DNA of 32,715 nucleotides, from the NCBI GenBank assembly GCA_039024555.1, contig JBCCQQ010000067.1, forward strand, positions 1-32,715, given 5' to 3'. This document shows positions 10,426-19,887 of the stretch, piece by piece. The number at the start of each line of letters is the position of its first letter. Position 1 is the stretch's first letter. The notes below the pieces were generated by a model. That model was not told the origin of the DNA. It saw nothing but the letters and a program-made list of their open reading frames with translations, and did no database searches. The DNA comes from Cyanobacteria bacterium P01_D01_bin.156 (GTDB lineage: Bacteria > Cyanobacteriota > Cyanobacteriia > Phormidesmidales > Phormidesmidaceae). The translations under genes and the position numbers were made by a program.

Positions 10426-10917
10426 TTAAATTGCGGCAACGCCAAAGGTAACATTAAACTGACGGCACCAGATGACTGCAGATGCAAACTCATCAAGAAC
10501 AACATCTGCAGGAATCTCATACCGTTGACTACCGGCAACAGACTGTAGGTCACCCAGGTTTACATATTTTTCAGAACTATAGCTTTGAGGATCAGCTTCT
10601 TTATGTAGCAAGACAAATAGGTCAGGGCCGTCTTCGGTGCTGAATGTTTCGTCAAATTCAAGGTACCGCTTGCCATTCTCTTCAACAATAGTGGCATTGC
10701 CAGCGGTGTTGCTGGAAACCGTTTTGAAATGGCCTGTGCTGGCCGCCGCGCAAGGATTGGCCGCCGCACAAGGGTCAGCGGCACAAGGATTCACAGTAGC
10801 TGCAGCACAGGGATTCGCCGCGCCAGGATTCGCAAAAGCTGGCTGTAAACTAACGGTAGCCGAGCCAACAGTAAGCATAGAAGAAATGGCTAGGGCTGCA
10901 AAATAGGTGAGTTTCAT
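10426..10917 (-). CDS. Secreted DM13-domain protein with N-terminal NPCAA repeats
   Basis: Signal peptide, then GPDLFVLL, LGDLQSVAGSQRYEIP and VIWCRQFNVTFG, which are typical of DM13. Confidence 0.88.
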   Translation of the reverse strand: MKLTYFAALAISSMLTVGSATVSLQPAFANPGAANPCAAATVNPCAADPCAAANPCAAASTGHFKTVSSNTAGNATIVEENGKRYLEFDETFSTEDGPDLFVLLHKEADPQSYSSEKYVNLGDLQSVAGSQRYEIPADVVLDEFASAVIWCRQFNVTFGVAAI

Positions 10918-11262
10918 GTTGTTGTTACAAATTTAATTAGGATGGGTTTGGGATGCTGATTCAATTCGCATAACAATCATAGTAAACAGGTATGAACTGA
11001 ATTTCGCCTGAGGAAAATGGGTCGCTAAATAAGCTTTCGATTAAAAAATGCGTCGTTGCTGATTTGTTGTATGAAACGAGCTATACAACAGGCTATGGGG
11101 CAGTATCGTCTGCGGGAATCATATCGAGGATCGGCAACGCCAAAAATGCAGTATTGCTAATTATTGGGTAACCTTGACTCTCAAATTCTGTTCCTTGGGA
11201 GCGCCTACAGCTCCTTTCACTATCTAAATTAGCAACAGCAAAGACTCTTGCTTTAAAGGCAG

Positions 11263-12747
11263 TCAGCTAGCCAAAAGCTTACGGGCCAATTGTTTTTTAG
11301 CCAAATGGCCTAATGTTTTCATGGCGTGATCAATTTCCCCTGACCAAGAAAGCCCTGTATTTAAGCGAAAACAATTCTGGTACCCACCAGATGGGGAAAA
11401 CATCGGGCCGGGGGCAATACTAATATTATATTTTACTCCCTCTTCAAAGAGTTCTAGGGCATCAAACCCACCAATAATCTCGACCCAAAGCACATGGCCT
11501 CCCCTGGGGCGGGTTACCCGCGTCTCGGCGGGGAAATAGTCTAAAATCGCCTGATGCATTCGATTCATTTGTTGTTGATAGGTACGCCGCAGCATACGCA
11601 AATGACGGTCATAGCCACCATTGGCAAAGAATGCAGCTACCGCTAGTTGAGGCGCTGTGGCCGTCATATGACTGACAACAACTTTCATATGTTCCACCTG
11701 TTGTTGATATCGCCCTGGAATACACCAGCCTACCCGTAGCCCAGGCGAAAGGGTTTTACTCACCGATGAACAATAGATAACCCGACCTTCTGTATCAAAC
11801 GCTTTAATGGCCTTGGGGCGGGTGCCCTCGAAATTCAGTTCGCCATAGATATCGTCTTCAATCAGAGGAATATCGTACTGGTTGAGCAGTTCGACTAGCG
11901 CCTTTTTTTTGCGATCGCTCATGCAGCTACCGATGGGATTACTAAAATTCGACACCAAAATGCCCGCCGCTACAGACTGCTTTTCCAAGGCAGAGTGTAA
12001 TGCGCTCAACGAGATCCCATCCTGGGGGTGGGTGGGTAGTTCCAGGGCATTTAGCCCTAAAGAATTCATGGCTTCTAGGACTGCATAGTAAGCGGGGGAC
12101 TCAATCACCACCGTATCCCCTGGTTGGGTCACCGTACGTAGTGCCAAATAATACGCTTCGGTGGTTCCCGCCGTAGCAACAATCTGATCGGGGGTAACAG
12201 AACACCCCGCATTGAGCATCCGTTTTGCCACCTCTCGGCGCAGAGATTCACAGCCAGGAACGGTGTTGTAGGAATGAACTGCCATGGGGTCAGCCCGCAT
12301 CACTTGGCCCATGAGTCGATTTAGGGTATTTAACGGAAAATGTTCTACGCCAGGTACAGCTGTTCCCAGGTTAATGGCCCCTGGCGAGAAATCCATGCGC
12401 AGTAACCGCAGCATTAGGGAAATATCCACAGGTCGCACCTGGGCTGGTGGCGTAGACTGGGCAGGTTCGTCCGGTAGGGCCGTGAGTGCCGTCGTTTTAA
12501 CGTAATACCCTGACTGGGGGCGGGCCACAATAAACCCACGATCTTCTAACAAACGGTAGGCCTCCAGCACAGTGGACATGCTCACCGATAGCTGTTGCTT
12601 AAGTTTGCGCACCGATGGCAGGCGATCGCCGGGAGCCAAGGTGCCGTCCCGGATCAGTGCCTGAATGCGATCCGCCACCTGTTCGTACAATGTGTGCTCG
12701 GTCGTGGCAGTCAACGTAAAAAGCTGATTGGCTATGGGGTTGGCCAT
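11263..12747 (-). CDS. MocR-subfamily GntR regulator (wHTH plus PLP-dependent aminotransferase-like domain)
   Basis: LYEQVA...GDRLPSVR...ARPQSGYYV HTH region; IEDDIYGEL; SVSKTLSPGLRVGW containing the PLP lysine. Confidence 0.93.
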   Translation of the reverse strand: MANPIANQLFTLTATTEHTLYEQVADRIQALIRDGTLAPGDRLPSVRKLKQQLSVSMSTVLEAYRLLEDRGFIVARPQSGYYVKTTALTALPDEPAQSTPPAQVRPVDISLMLRLLRMDFSPGAINLGTAVPGVEHFPLNTLNRLMGQVMRADPMAVHSYNTVPGCESLRREVAKRMLNAGCSVTPDQIVATAGTTEAYYLALRTVTQPGDTVVIESPAYYAVLEAMNSLGLNALELPTHPQDGISLSALHSALEKQSVAAGILVSNFSNPIGSCMSDRKKKALVELLNQYDIPLIEDDIYGELNFEGTRPKAIKAFDTEGRVIYCSSVSKTLSPGLRVGWCIPGRYQQQVEHMKVVVSHMTATAPQLAVAAFFANGGYDRHLRMLRRTYQQQMNRMHQAILDYFPAETRVTRPRGGHVLWVEIIGGFDALELFEEGVKYNISIAPGPMFSPSGGYQNCFRLNTGLSWSGEIDHAMKTLGHLAKKQLARKLLAS

Positions 12748-12774
12748 GGTTTATCCATCCTTATCCAGAAAGGG

Positions 12775-12867
12775 CACCCGTACAGTTGAGGGAGAAAATT
12801 ACCGGTACAGTTTTAGTTTTCTTGACTGTGCTCATAGCAATTTAACCTAACTGCGTCTGTTCTGGTG
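12775..12867. promoter_or_regulatory. Probable MocR operator in the divergent promoter
   Basis: Direct repeat ACC(C/G)GTACAGTT at 12776-12787 and 12801-12812, followed by inverted ACTG/CTGT half-sites near 12825 and 12849-12867. Confidence 0.6.
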
Positions 12868-12900
12868 ATGTTTTTTTAGCAAAAATAGGGTCATCCTCAA

Positions 12901-13218
12901 ATGGAGTTAAGACCCATGAAATTTAGACGTCGGGTATCTGAGCCTCAGCTAATTATTTTGGATAATTGCCCATCGGAACAGTCACGTTCTTGGGTGGGCA
13001 ATGGGTTACAGCAGATGGCGAAGGGTATTTCGTCAAAGTCTTTTTGGAATTCTGTTTTGAAATTGGCGACGGGGTCCTCCGAACCTGTTATTGAGAAACA
13101 ATCTGATCGTCAAGGTCAGCCCGTTTATAGCGTCTATGATCCGGTGACACAACAACGGGTAGATTGCCTATCTGAAGCAGAGGTTCGGGCATGGCTAGAG
13201 CAGCGATATTATCAATAG
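12901..13218 (+). CDS. Small hypothetical protein divergent from the MocR regulator
   Basis: 105-aa ORF (start may be 12916). The C-terminal YDPVT...SEAEVRAWLEQRYY resembles a recurring cyanobacterial hypothetical family, from memory. Confidence 0.7.
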   Translation: MELRPMKFRRRVSEPQLIILDNCPSEQSRSWVGNGLQQMAKGISSKSFWNSVLKLATGSSEPVIEKQSDRQGQPVYSVYDPVTQQRVDCLSEAEVRAWLEQRYYQ

Positions 13219-13248
13219 ACGACAGTGGACGTTGGGAGCATGTTCTGG

Positions 13249-14400
13249 CTATTCTGCCTGGGCATCTGAGATGGATAGCCAACGTCCACGCCAGAGGACC
13301 TTGGTTGAAAATAAGCTGTGGATAAAGATTGGTAAGCTGATGAGTTCATTTAACAGGGCGACCCATAGAAATGGCCATAGTTTTTTGTCGTTGACCAAGC
13401 GTTGATTAATCACAACGATGGAAAACACGTCGGCCAACAATACGGTGCCCGCTAATACAACTCCCACTGTAATGTGAGTTTGTTGTAGCAGGGCTACGCC
13501 TAAAAACAACAATGCCCACCACAGTGGCAGGGCAAGCATAATCATCACCCATGGAAATCTAGGAAAATAGTGGCGAATGGTCACTAGCCAACGATGGATC
13601 TGCCACCAATATTTTGTAACTGTGTCGCGGCTGTGATAAATCCGTGCAGGCTGTCCCAGCAGTTGGATTTGGTACTGAGCTTGGGAAATGGCTTGCCCTA
13701 GGGATACATCAATGCCAACAATGCGATTTGCGATCGCATCCAGGCCACCAATGGCATCCAGCACATCTCGGCGGGTAACAATAATGGAGCCCACCACACT
13801 GTTGTTGCGCTGTTGATAAGCAGCGGCACCATAGTTTAGGGCGGAGGTATTAACAGTAATATTGTGAAGAGCAGCCACCCAGTCTTCGCTACCATAGGAG
13901 ACCGGAGCGGCAAAAGCTGCACCGGTTTCAGGGGCTTCAACAAAGCCTACGGACTGACTGAGAAAATCTGAAGCAACCCGCACATCAGAATCAACCAGAA
14001 CAATCACGTCATGCTGACTGGCTCCATAGCCTGCGATTAGGTTCTTGATTTTACCAACGGCGGTGAGGCCCAGGGAATCGCTCAATACCAGCTTGCCCCG
14101 CTTAGGGTAGCGTTGAATAAGCTCTTGGATAGCGGGGAATGCCGGATCATCCTCAGTTTCAAGGGCAAAGATGACCTCGTAGGGGGCTGCATAGGTTTGC
14201 TGACACAGGCTACTAAAATTAAGACTTGCCTGTTCGTCTAATCCTTTTACCGGCACAATCATAGACACCGTCGGCTGCCAGGTGGATTCTGGTTGTTGCT
14301 TTACCTGGTGGAAATAGGCCCAAGTCTGCCAATGTGTGGCGAGCCGCAGTAATAGGCTCAGAATGATAGGAATTACCAGTAAAAATGGCAAGTAACTCAT
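13249..14400 (-). CDS. GT2/GT21 glycosyltransferase, ceramide glucosyltransferase/HpnI-like
   Basis: N-terminal TM helix, VSMIVPVKG, YEVIF, KIKNL, DSD motif, QxxRW (QIHRW) and C-terminal VLWRGR. Confidence 0.82.
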   Translation of the reverse strand: MSYLPFLLVIPIILSLLLRLATHWQTWAYFHQVKQQPESTWQPTVSMIVPVKGLDEQASLNFSSLCQQTYAAPYEVIFALETEDDPAFPAIQELIQRYPKRGKLVLSDSLGLTAVGKIKNLIAGYGASQHDVIVLVDSDVRVASDFLSQSVGFVEAPETGAAFAAPVSYGSEDWVAALHNITVNTSALNYGAAAYQQRNNSVVGSIIVTRRDVLDAIGGLDAIANRIVGIDVSLGQAISQAQYQIQLLGQPARIYHSRDTVTKYWWQIHRWLVTIRHYFPRFPWVMIMLALPLWWALLFLGVALLQQTHITVGVVLAGTVLLADVFSIVVINQRLVNDKKLWPFLWVALLNELISLPIFIHSLFSTKVLWRGRWLSISDAQAE

Positions 14401-14508
14401 GTATATCCACCCTAGGGACTTAGTTACTGATTATTTTCCCACATCGGTTTCTATTTGCTAAAAGGGCAAAATATCTGTCTAAACTCACATTATGAAAGTC
14501 TCTAGAAA

Positions 14509-14763
14509 TTACATATTACGAGTAATTTTTCGGCGCATACCAACAAATCGCATGTAACCTACTACGCCTGTTGTAAAGGATAGGGGCAGCAGTAGATAGC
14601 CCAGGGATTGAAGCATTCGGGTATCGGTTGCAAAAAGCTTTATCAACGTAATACCCGATGCAAACAGCATAATGGCTGTCCGTAGGTATGCTAAGAGAGT
14701 GCGCTCATTAGCCAACAGCGTTCTATCGCGGGCAAGGGTATCTCGTGATTGGGGTTCTTCCAT
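14509..14763 (-). CDS. DUF202 (YidH-like) membrane protein
   Basis: LANERTLLAYLRTA signature and two TM helices. ATG at 14763 avoids overlap with ilvE. Confidence 0.88.
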   Translation of the reverse strand: MEEPQSRDTLARDRTLLANERTLLAYLRTAIMLFASGITLIKLFATDTRMLQSLGYLLLPLSFTTGVVGYMRFVGMRRKITRNM

Positions 14764-14803
14764 TTTATAGCCATAACCTATGGGCCTAGGACAACAGGCT
14801 GCC

Positions 14804-15718
14804 CTAGGCAATATCTACTGCAAAGACCCAATCTTGATATTGAGCATCGCGACCTTCAGTGATGGCGGATAGTTTATTTCGAATATGATCGGTCACTGGA
14901 CGCACGGTGGATAGCGTATAGTTTTCTACCTGCCGCACGGGGGTGACTTTAGCCGCCGTACCGCTAAGAAAGACTTCATCCGCAATCAGTAGTTCCGATT
15001 TGTCTACGGGGCGCTCAACGACATCGATGCCCAGGTCTCGGGCTACCTGTAGTACGCTGTCGCGGGTAATGCCTTCTAGGATATCTTGTTCAAAACCTGG
15101 AGCAATGAGTTTGCCATTACGTACGATAAAAATGTTCATCCCTGACGCTTCACTAACTTTGCCCTGGGAGTTCATGAGAATAGCTTCGTCAAACCCGGCT
15201 TCCACAGCTTCGGTTTTGGCTAAGGAGGAGGTGATGTAGGCACCGCTGATTTTACCGCGTAGGGGGAGGCTACGATCTTCTTGACGGTACCAGGAGCTGA
15301 TCCGACAGCTAACGCCCTCAGGAGAAAGATAATCTCCTAGCTCTAGACCGTAGACAAAAAAGTCTTTTCTTACATTGTGTAGTCGAGGCGCAATCCCGAG
15401 GTCCGACGTATATACAAAGGGACGAATATAGAAAGAGGTTTTGGGGCTATTCTTTTTAACAAACTCTGTAATGACGTGCTGAATCTTGTCTGCAGGTAGG
15501 TCGAAGTTTAGCAGGCGCGCACTCTTGCTCAGGCGGGCGCAGTGACGATCTAACCGAAAGAGCAATGCCTGATTTTCGTTTTGAGGATTGGGGATGCCTC
15601 GCAGGCCACCAAAGGCACCGGTACCATAGTGCAACGCATGGGTCGCAATGGAAATTTTGGCATCTTCAAACGGACAAAATTGACCCTCAAAATACGTAAT
15701 CGGCAGAAAGTTATGCAT
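14804..15718 (-). CDS. ilvE: Branched-chain amino acid aminotransferase
   Basis: HALHYGTGAFGGLR, GKISGAY, EASGMNIF, ILEGITR and ADEVFLSGTAA class IV aminotransferase motifs. Confidence 0.93.
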   Translation of the reverse strand: MHNFLPITYFEGQFCPFEDAKISIATHALHYGTGAFGGLRGIPNPQNENQALLFRLDRHCARLSKSARLLNFDLPADKIQHVITEFVKKNSPKTSFYIRPFVYTSDLGIAPRLHNVRKDFFVYGLELGDYLSPEGVSCRISSWYRQEDRSLPLRGKISGAYITSSLAKTEAVEAGFDEAILMNSQGKVSEASGMNIFIVRNGKLIAPGFEQDILEGITRDSVLQVARDLGIDVVERPVDKSELLIADEVFLSGTAAKVTPVRQVENYTLSTVRPVTDHIRNKLSAITEGRDAQYQDWVFAVDIA

Positions 15719-15911
15719 TGGACCTGCGGTTTCCAGAATTCGTCCTACCTAGGATAGAGGAGTTCTTGATGAAACGGGAGATAGGGCAACTGAATGTATT
15801 GCAAATGTGCTGAGGCATTTGGGCAGGTGGGCATCAAGGTAGCTATTGTGACTCAAGGCTTTTAGGGACATCAGCTGGGGTGACTGGGCTGACCGATGTT
15901 GTAAGGGTTCT

Positions 15912-16751
15912 TTAAGATTGTGGGCTAGTTAGGGTGATGGCGGTTAGTTCTGGGTTGCAAAATAGTCGCCCTGGGGCGTAGGTGCCTAGGCCGCGATTGA
16001 CATAGAGGGTATTTTTTCCAACCTGGTGTAGTCCCATGGCCCATTCCCAATGACTGAGGACATTGACACATCGATCGCTGAGATAGGGCAGCTTGCTTTT
16101 ACGGATAAATCGAGGCAGTTTACTGCGAAATTTAAACCACCGTTCGGCTAACACACCGATACCGGGAATAACGATCTGACCACCGTGGGTATGGCCTGAA
16201 AGCTGTAAATCTACCCGCCAAGGCATCATAAATTCAGCAGTGTCGGGATTGTGGGATAGTACGATGCGCGGTAGCTCCGAAGGCAGCTGAGTCAGGACAT
16301 CTAGACTAAAGTCGGCGTGGTGGTAGTCGGCCAGTCCTACAACAGGAAGACCGGGGCCAAAGGGATAGGCAATCTGATTCCAGAGCACAGTAATGCCTAT
16401 GTCTGTGAGGGTATGGGTAATGATGTCGGTAGCATTTGGCCACCAGATGTCGTGGTTTCCCAGAATGGCTAGGGTGGGATAGGTCTGGGCAATGGGCCGC
16501 AGCTGAGTGGCCAGTTGATAAATTGGGTCGGGAACCGTGGTGACAAAGTCGCCTGTGAAGACCACCAGGTCTGGGTTAAGGGTGGAAATCGTTGCGATCG
16601 CATGGCTCAACATACGATTCGATAGCCGCATGCCATCGTAGTGAAAGTCTGAGAGCTGAACAATAACCTTGCCCTCCAGGCGGGTGGGCAGGTCTTGGAT
16701 AGGGATCTGGAACGCTTCAACCGTCAGGGGGCCAGTAAATAATGGACGCAT
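15912..16751 (-). CDS. Calcineurin-like metallophosphoesterase (YkuE/YaeI-like)
   Basis: SDFH, TGDF, GNHD, LSHNPD, SGHTHGGQ and VNRGLG motifs. Confidence 0.92.
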   Translation of the reverse strand: MRPLFTGPLTVEAFQIPIQDLPTRLEGKVIVQLSDFHYDGMRLSNRMLSHAIATISTLNPDLVVFTGDFVTTVPDPIYQLATQLRPIAQTYPTLAILGNHDIWWPNATDIITHTLTDIGITVLWNQIAYPFGPGLPVVGLADYHHADFSLDVLTQLPSELPRIVLSHNPDTAEFMMPWRVDLQLSGHTHGGQIVIPGIGVLAERWFKFRSKLPRFIRKSKLPYLSDRCVNVLSHWEWAMGLHQVGKNTLYVNRGLGTYAPGRLFCNPELTAITLTSPQS

Positions 16752-16995
16752 TGTTTCAGAAAGACTCGTTACTTAACTTAACCCTCAGCCTTGGTCTTTA
16801 GCACAGTTGTTCCGTAGCTACAGTTGGTCAGTTGCCACACTGGTCTACGGGAGGCCACAGGTGCAGAGTTTGCCGAGGACACTATAAAATCCACATAAAC
16901 ATTGGATGGTTTTTGAGTCCTACTGGACCCCAGCTTTTTGAGCTGCAAAAACATTGTTAATTAAGACAATAAGACGCTGTTTCTACGATCTCTTT

Positions 16996-18921
16996 ATGGC
17001 TGCCGCTATCCTCATCCCTCAAGAGCAACAAAATCTTGCCCAGTCCATTGACTACAGTCATGTCCAGTCGGTGGCGGAAATTTGGCCCATTGTCGCTGAA
17101 CGGTTTCCCCAGCAGGTGGCCCTGGAGGACCCCCATGGCACTCCACAGATTACCCTCACCTATGGTGAACTAGCCCAGCAGATTCAGCAGTTTGCCGCCA
17201 GTTTGCAACAGTTGGGAGTGAACCCCCAGGATAAAATCGCCCTGTTTTCAGATAATCAGCCCCGCTGGCTAGTGGCTGACCAGGGGATTATGACTGCGGG
17301 GGCTGTGGATGCGGTACGGGGTTCCCAGGCTGATAAAGAAGAGCTGGCCTACATTCTCGACAATAGTGATGCCATGGCCATGATCGTTCAAGATCAGGCC
17401 ACCCTGACCAAGTTGGCTCCATTTTTAGGGGATAAGGGGCTGCGGTTTATTGTGTTGCTCTCCGATGAAATACCCCAGCTAGAAACAGACGCCAAACTAT
17501 TGAACTTTAACCAGCTGATGGAGCTGGGGGCGGGTAAGACCGTAAATTCGATGGAGCGCGATCGCAATTCTCTTGCCACTTTGATGTATACCTCCGGCAC
17601 ATCTGGCCGTCCTAAGGGAGTGATGCTGAGCCAGAGTAATTTGCTTTCTCAAATTTCTGGGGCCTGTAGCGTTGTGCGGCTTAGTGCCGGGGCTAAAGTC
17701 ATGAGCATTTTGCCCATTTGGCACTGTTACGAGCGCACCTTTGAATATTTCACCCTGTCCCAGGGGGTACATCAGATTTACACCAGTATTCGCTACGTCA
17801 AAAAAGACCTCAAAGCCTATCATCCCAACTATATGGTGGGTGTGCCCCGGCTGTGGGAGTCCATTTATGAGGGGGTACAAAAACAGTTTCGGGAACAGCC
17901 CGAGAGCAAACAAAAACTGATCAATTTCTTTTTGCACCAAAGCCAGCGTTACATCGCCGCTAAGCGCATTGCCGATAACCTGAGCCTTGACCAAGAACCT
18001 AATACCTTTGATCAGGCCATGGCCAATGCCCAGGCCGCTGTACTTTGGCCCGTTCATAAAATGGGCGATGCCATTGTCTATAAAAAAGTACGGGAAGCCA
18101 CGGGGGGAGCCATCGACTTTGTTGTGAGCGGCGGCGGCTCCATTGCCGATCACCTAGAAGATTTCTACGAAATCATCGGCGTCAATATCCTGGGTGGGTA
18201 CGGTCTGACCGAGACCTCTCCCATTACCCATGTGCGCCGACCCTGGCAGAATTTGCGCGGTGCCGATGGGCAGCCCTTGCCTGGTACTGAAACCCGGATT
18301 GTCGATCTCGACAGCCGTCAAGATTTACCCCAAGGTAAACAAGGGCTGGTGCTAATTCGCGGCCCTCAGGTGATGCAGGGCTATTACAAAAATACTGAAG
18401 CCACTGCCAAGGCCATTGATGCTGATGGCTGGTTTGACACGGGAGATCTAGGCAAGATTACGCCCAATGGTGATTTGATCATCACCGGACGGGCTAAGGA
18501 TACCATTGTGCTGACCAACGGCGAGAATATTGAACCCCAGCCTGTGGAAAATGCCTGTGCTCGCAGTGCTTACGTGGATCAAATTATGCTGGTGGGCCAG
18601 GATCAAAAGGTATTGGGCGCCCTGATTGTTCCCAATGTGGAAGCCCTGAGCCAGTGGGCGGCGACCCAGGGCATTACCATTGATGAAGCCAATCCGGCAG
18701 AGGCTTTGACAGATCCCAAGGTTCAAACCCTGTTTAAGCAAGAACTAACCCGAGAAGTTAAGGCCCGTCCTGGCTATCGTCCTGATGAGCGCATTGGCCC
18801 CTTTACACTGCTAAGTGAGCCTTTTTCTATTGAGAATGGCATGCTGACCCAAACTATGAAAATCAAGCGCCCGGTGGTCACCCGCAACTATCAAGAGGCG
18901 ATTGATCGTTTGTTTGACTAG
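16996..18921 (+). CDS. aas: Long-chain acyl-ACP/acyl-CoA synthetase (Aas)
   Basis: YTSGTSGRPKG, GYGLTE, GWFDTGDLG and GRAKDTIVLTNGENIEP AMP-binding motifs. Its position upstream of ylqD and pdhC fits cyanobacterial aas. ATG at 16996. Confidence 0.88.
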   Translation: MAAAILIPQEQQNLAQSIDYSHVQSVAEIWPIVAERFPQQVALEDPHGTPQITLTYGELAQQIQQFAASLQQLGVNPQDKIALFSDNQPRWLVADQGIMTAGAVDAVRGSQADKEELAYILDNSDAMAMIVQDQATLTKLAPFLGDKGLRFIVLLSDEIPQLETDAKLLNFNQLMELGAGKTVNSMERDRNSLATLMYTSGTSGRPKGVMLSQSNLLSQISGACSVVRLSAGAKVMSILPIWHCYERTFEYFTLSQGVHQIYTSIRYVKKDLKAYHPNYMVGVPRLWESIYEGVQKQFREQPESKQKLINFFLHQSQRYIAAKRIADNLSLDQEPNTFDQAMANAQAAVLWPVHKMGDAIVYKKVREATGGAIDFVVSGGGSIADHLEDFYEIIGVNILGGYGLTETSPITHVRRPWQNLRGADGQPLPGTETRIVDLDSRQDLPQGKQGLVLIRGPQVMQGYYKNTEATAKAIDADGWFDTGDLGKITPNGDLIITGRAKDTIVLTNGENIEPQPVENACARSAYVDQIMLVGQDQKVLGALIVPNVEALSQWAATQGITIDEANPAEALTDPKVQTLFKQELTREVKARPGYRPDERIGPFTLLSEPFSIENGMLTQTMKIKRPVVTRNYQEAIDRLFD

Positions 18922-19170
18922 GCAGAATGAACTCTGAGTATCGGTGTCTGTGGAAAGACGTAGAACACCAAACCGCTATCAAATAGGAATATTAATCCTT
19001 GGTGTGCGAGGCGCTGTCTTTACTTGATGCTTATAAAGCATAGACCACATCTTCGATAGTTTTACCATTTCAGTATCATTTGAGTCGGTGCCAAAATATG
19101 TGAAACAGAGGGAACGTTGACCGATTGGTCCGGTTTCCCAAGATTCACTTCGATACAGAGGAATTACCTA

Positions 19171-19314
19171 ATGTCTAAGCAAGTTAAAGCCGTTAAGGCC
19201 GCTCTCTGGCAGCCCGTCTCGAATAAGCAGGCAGAAATTATAAAAGGTGGCTACATTCATATTCATTCATATTGTTCTCGCACAAAAAAAATGATGTTTC
19301 CTCAAGCACGGTAG
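19171..19314 (+). CDS. Putative double-glycine-leader precursor peptide 1 (47 aa): MSKQVKAVKAALWQPVSNKQAEIIKGG|YIHIHSYCSRTKKMMFPQAR
   Basis: SD GAGGA before the ATG. The leader fits the hydrophobic-S-x-x-E/Q-x-x-x-I-x-GG consensus and is paralogous to peptides 3 and 4. Confidence 0.78.
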   Translation: MSKQVKAVKAALWQPVSNKQAEIIKGGYIHIHSYCSRTKKMMFPQAR

Positions 19315-19349
19315 GTTACTGGTTGACATTCACTGAAAGGAGTTATCTA

Positions 19350-19486
19350 CTGACTAACTGAATCAAAGCGTCCAAAGCGGTTCTCTGCTCAACAGACAGA
19401 AATTGCAAAAGGTATTGAATATGACACTATCCTTATTTTTGGGGTAACCGAACCCGAAAAATTATAGGTTTTCGCGTTATGTGTAA
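19350..19486 (+). pseudogene. Decayed copy (no. 2) of the precursor peptide gene
   Basis: AAGGAG SD retained, ATG changed to CTG, in-frame TGA at codon 4. IKASKAVL aligns with VKAVKAAL; after a frameshifting deletion it reads QTEIAKG. Same 3' flank as the other units. Confidence 0.65.
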
Positions 19487-19591
19487 GTTATCGGTTGATA
19501 CTCGCTAATTCTACAAAAAATCAACTAGAGGAAACGCGGGCTTGTTAGTTCGATTTCCAAATGTCCATCTCAATTACAAAGGAAATTTCCA

Positions 19592-19735
19592 ATGGCTAAG
19601 CAAGCCCAAAAATCTGAAGCAGTTAATGCGATTCTCTGGCATCCTATTGTTGATAAGCAAGCAGAAGTTGTCAAAGGTGGCCTTAAAACACATTACGGTA
19701 GCTTTTGTCCTATAACTAAGAAACTTATGCGTTAG
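19592..19735 (+). CDS. Putative double-glycine-leader precursor peptide 3 (47 aa): MAKQAQKSEAVNAILWHPIVDKQAEVVKGG|LKTHYGSFCPITKKLMR
   Basis: Translated by hand (below the ORF-track cutoff). AAGGA SD; leader and core motif shared with peptides 1 and 4. Confidence 0.78.
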   Translation: MAKQAQKSEAVNAILWHPIVDKQAEVVKGGLKTHYGSFCPITKKLMR

Positions 19736-19794
19736 GGGCGTTAGATATAAGGTCTCGATTGATATTCGCTAGTTCTACAAAAATTCAGCACGCC

Positions 19795-19836
19795 AATCGT
19801 TAGAGGAACCTCTTGCAGGTTCCTCTAACGATTTTT
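19795..19836 (+). terminator. Intrinsic terminator after peptide block A
   Basis: Perfect 17-bp stem AATCGTTAGAGGAACCT / AGGTTCCTCTAACGATT, 5-nt loop, T-run. Confidence 0.85.
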
Positions 19837-19887
19837 GATTTAGGGTTGAGGGATCGGTAGACTGGTCCGTCGTGTTGGTCCATACGC

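Noticed and set aside
14804..15718. ilvE and leuA as a branched-chain amino acid cluster
   Set aside because: They are 15 kb apart on opposite strands with unrelated genes between them.
17497..18153. 218-aa antisense ORF, and similar nested ORFs inside copA, the oxoprolinase, the MFS gene and leuA
   Set aside because: They lie wholly within well-supported genes and show no recognisable motifs.
16996..18921. aas as a lipidating enzyme for the adjacent peptides
   Set aside because: aas-ylqD-pdhC looks like housekeeping synteny, so adjacency alone is not evidence of a functional link.
19082..19094. GAGTCGGTGC resembles the 3' end of the S. pyogenes tracrRNA
   Set aside because: The pairing partner GCACC is absent and there are no cas genes or CRISPR repeats; it is better explained as a conserved block of the peptide promoters.
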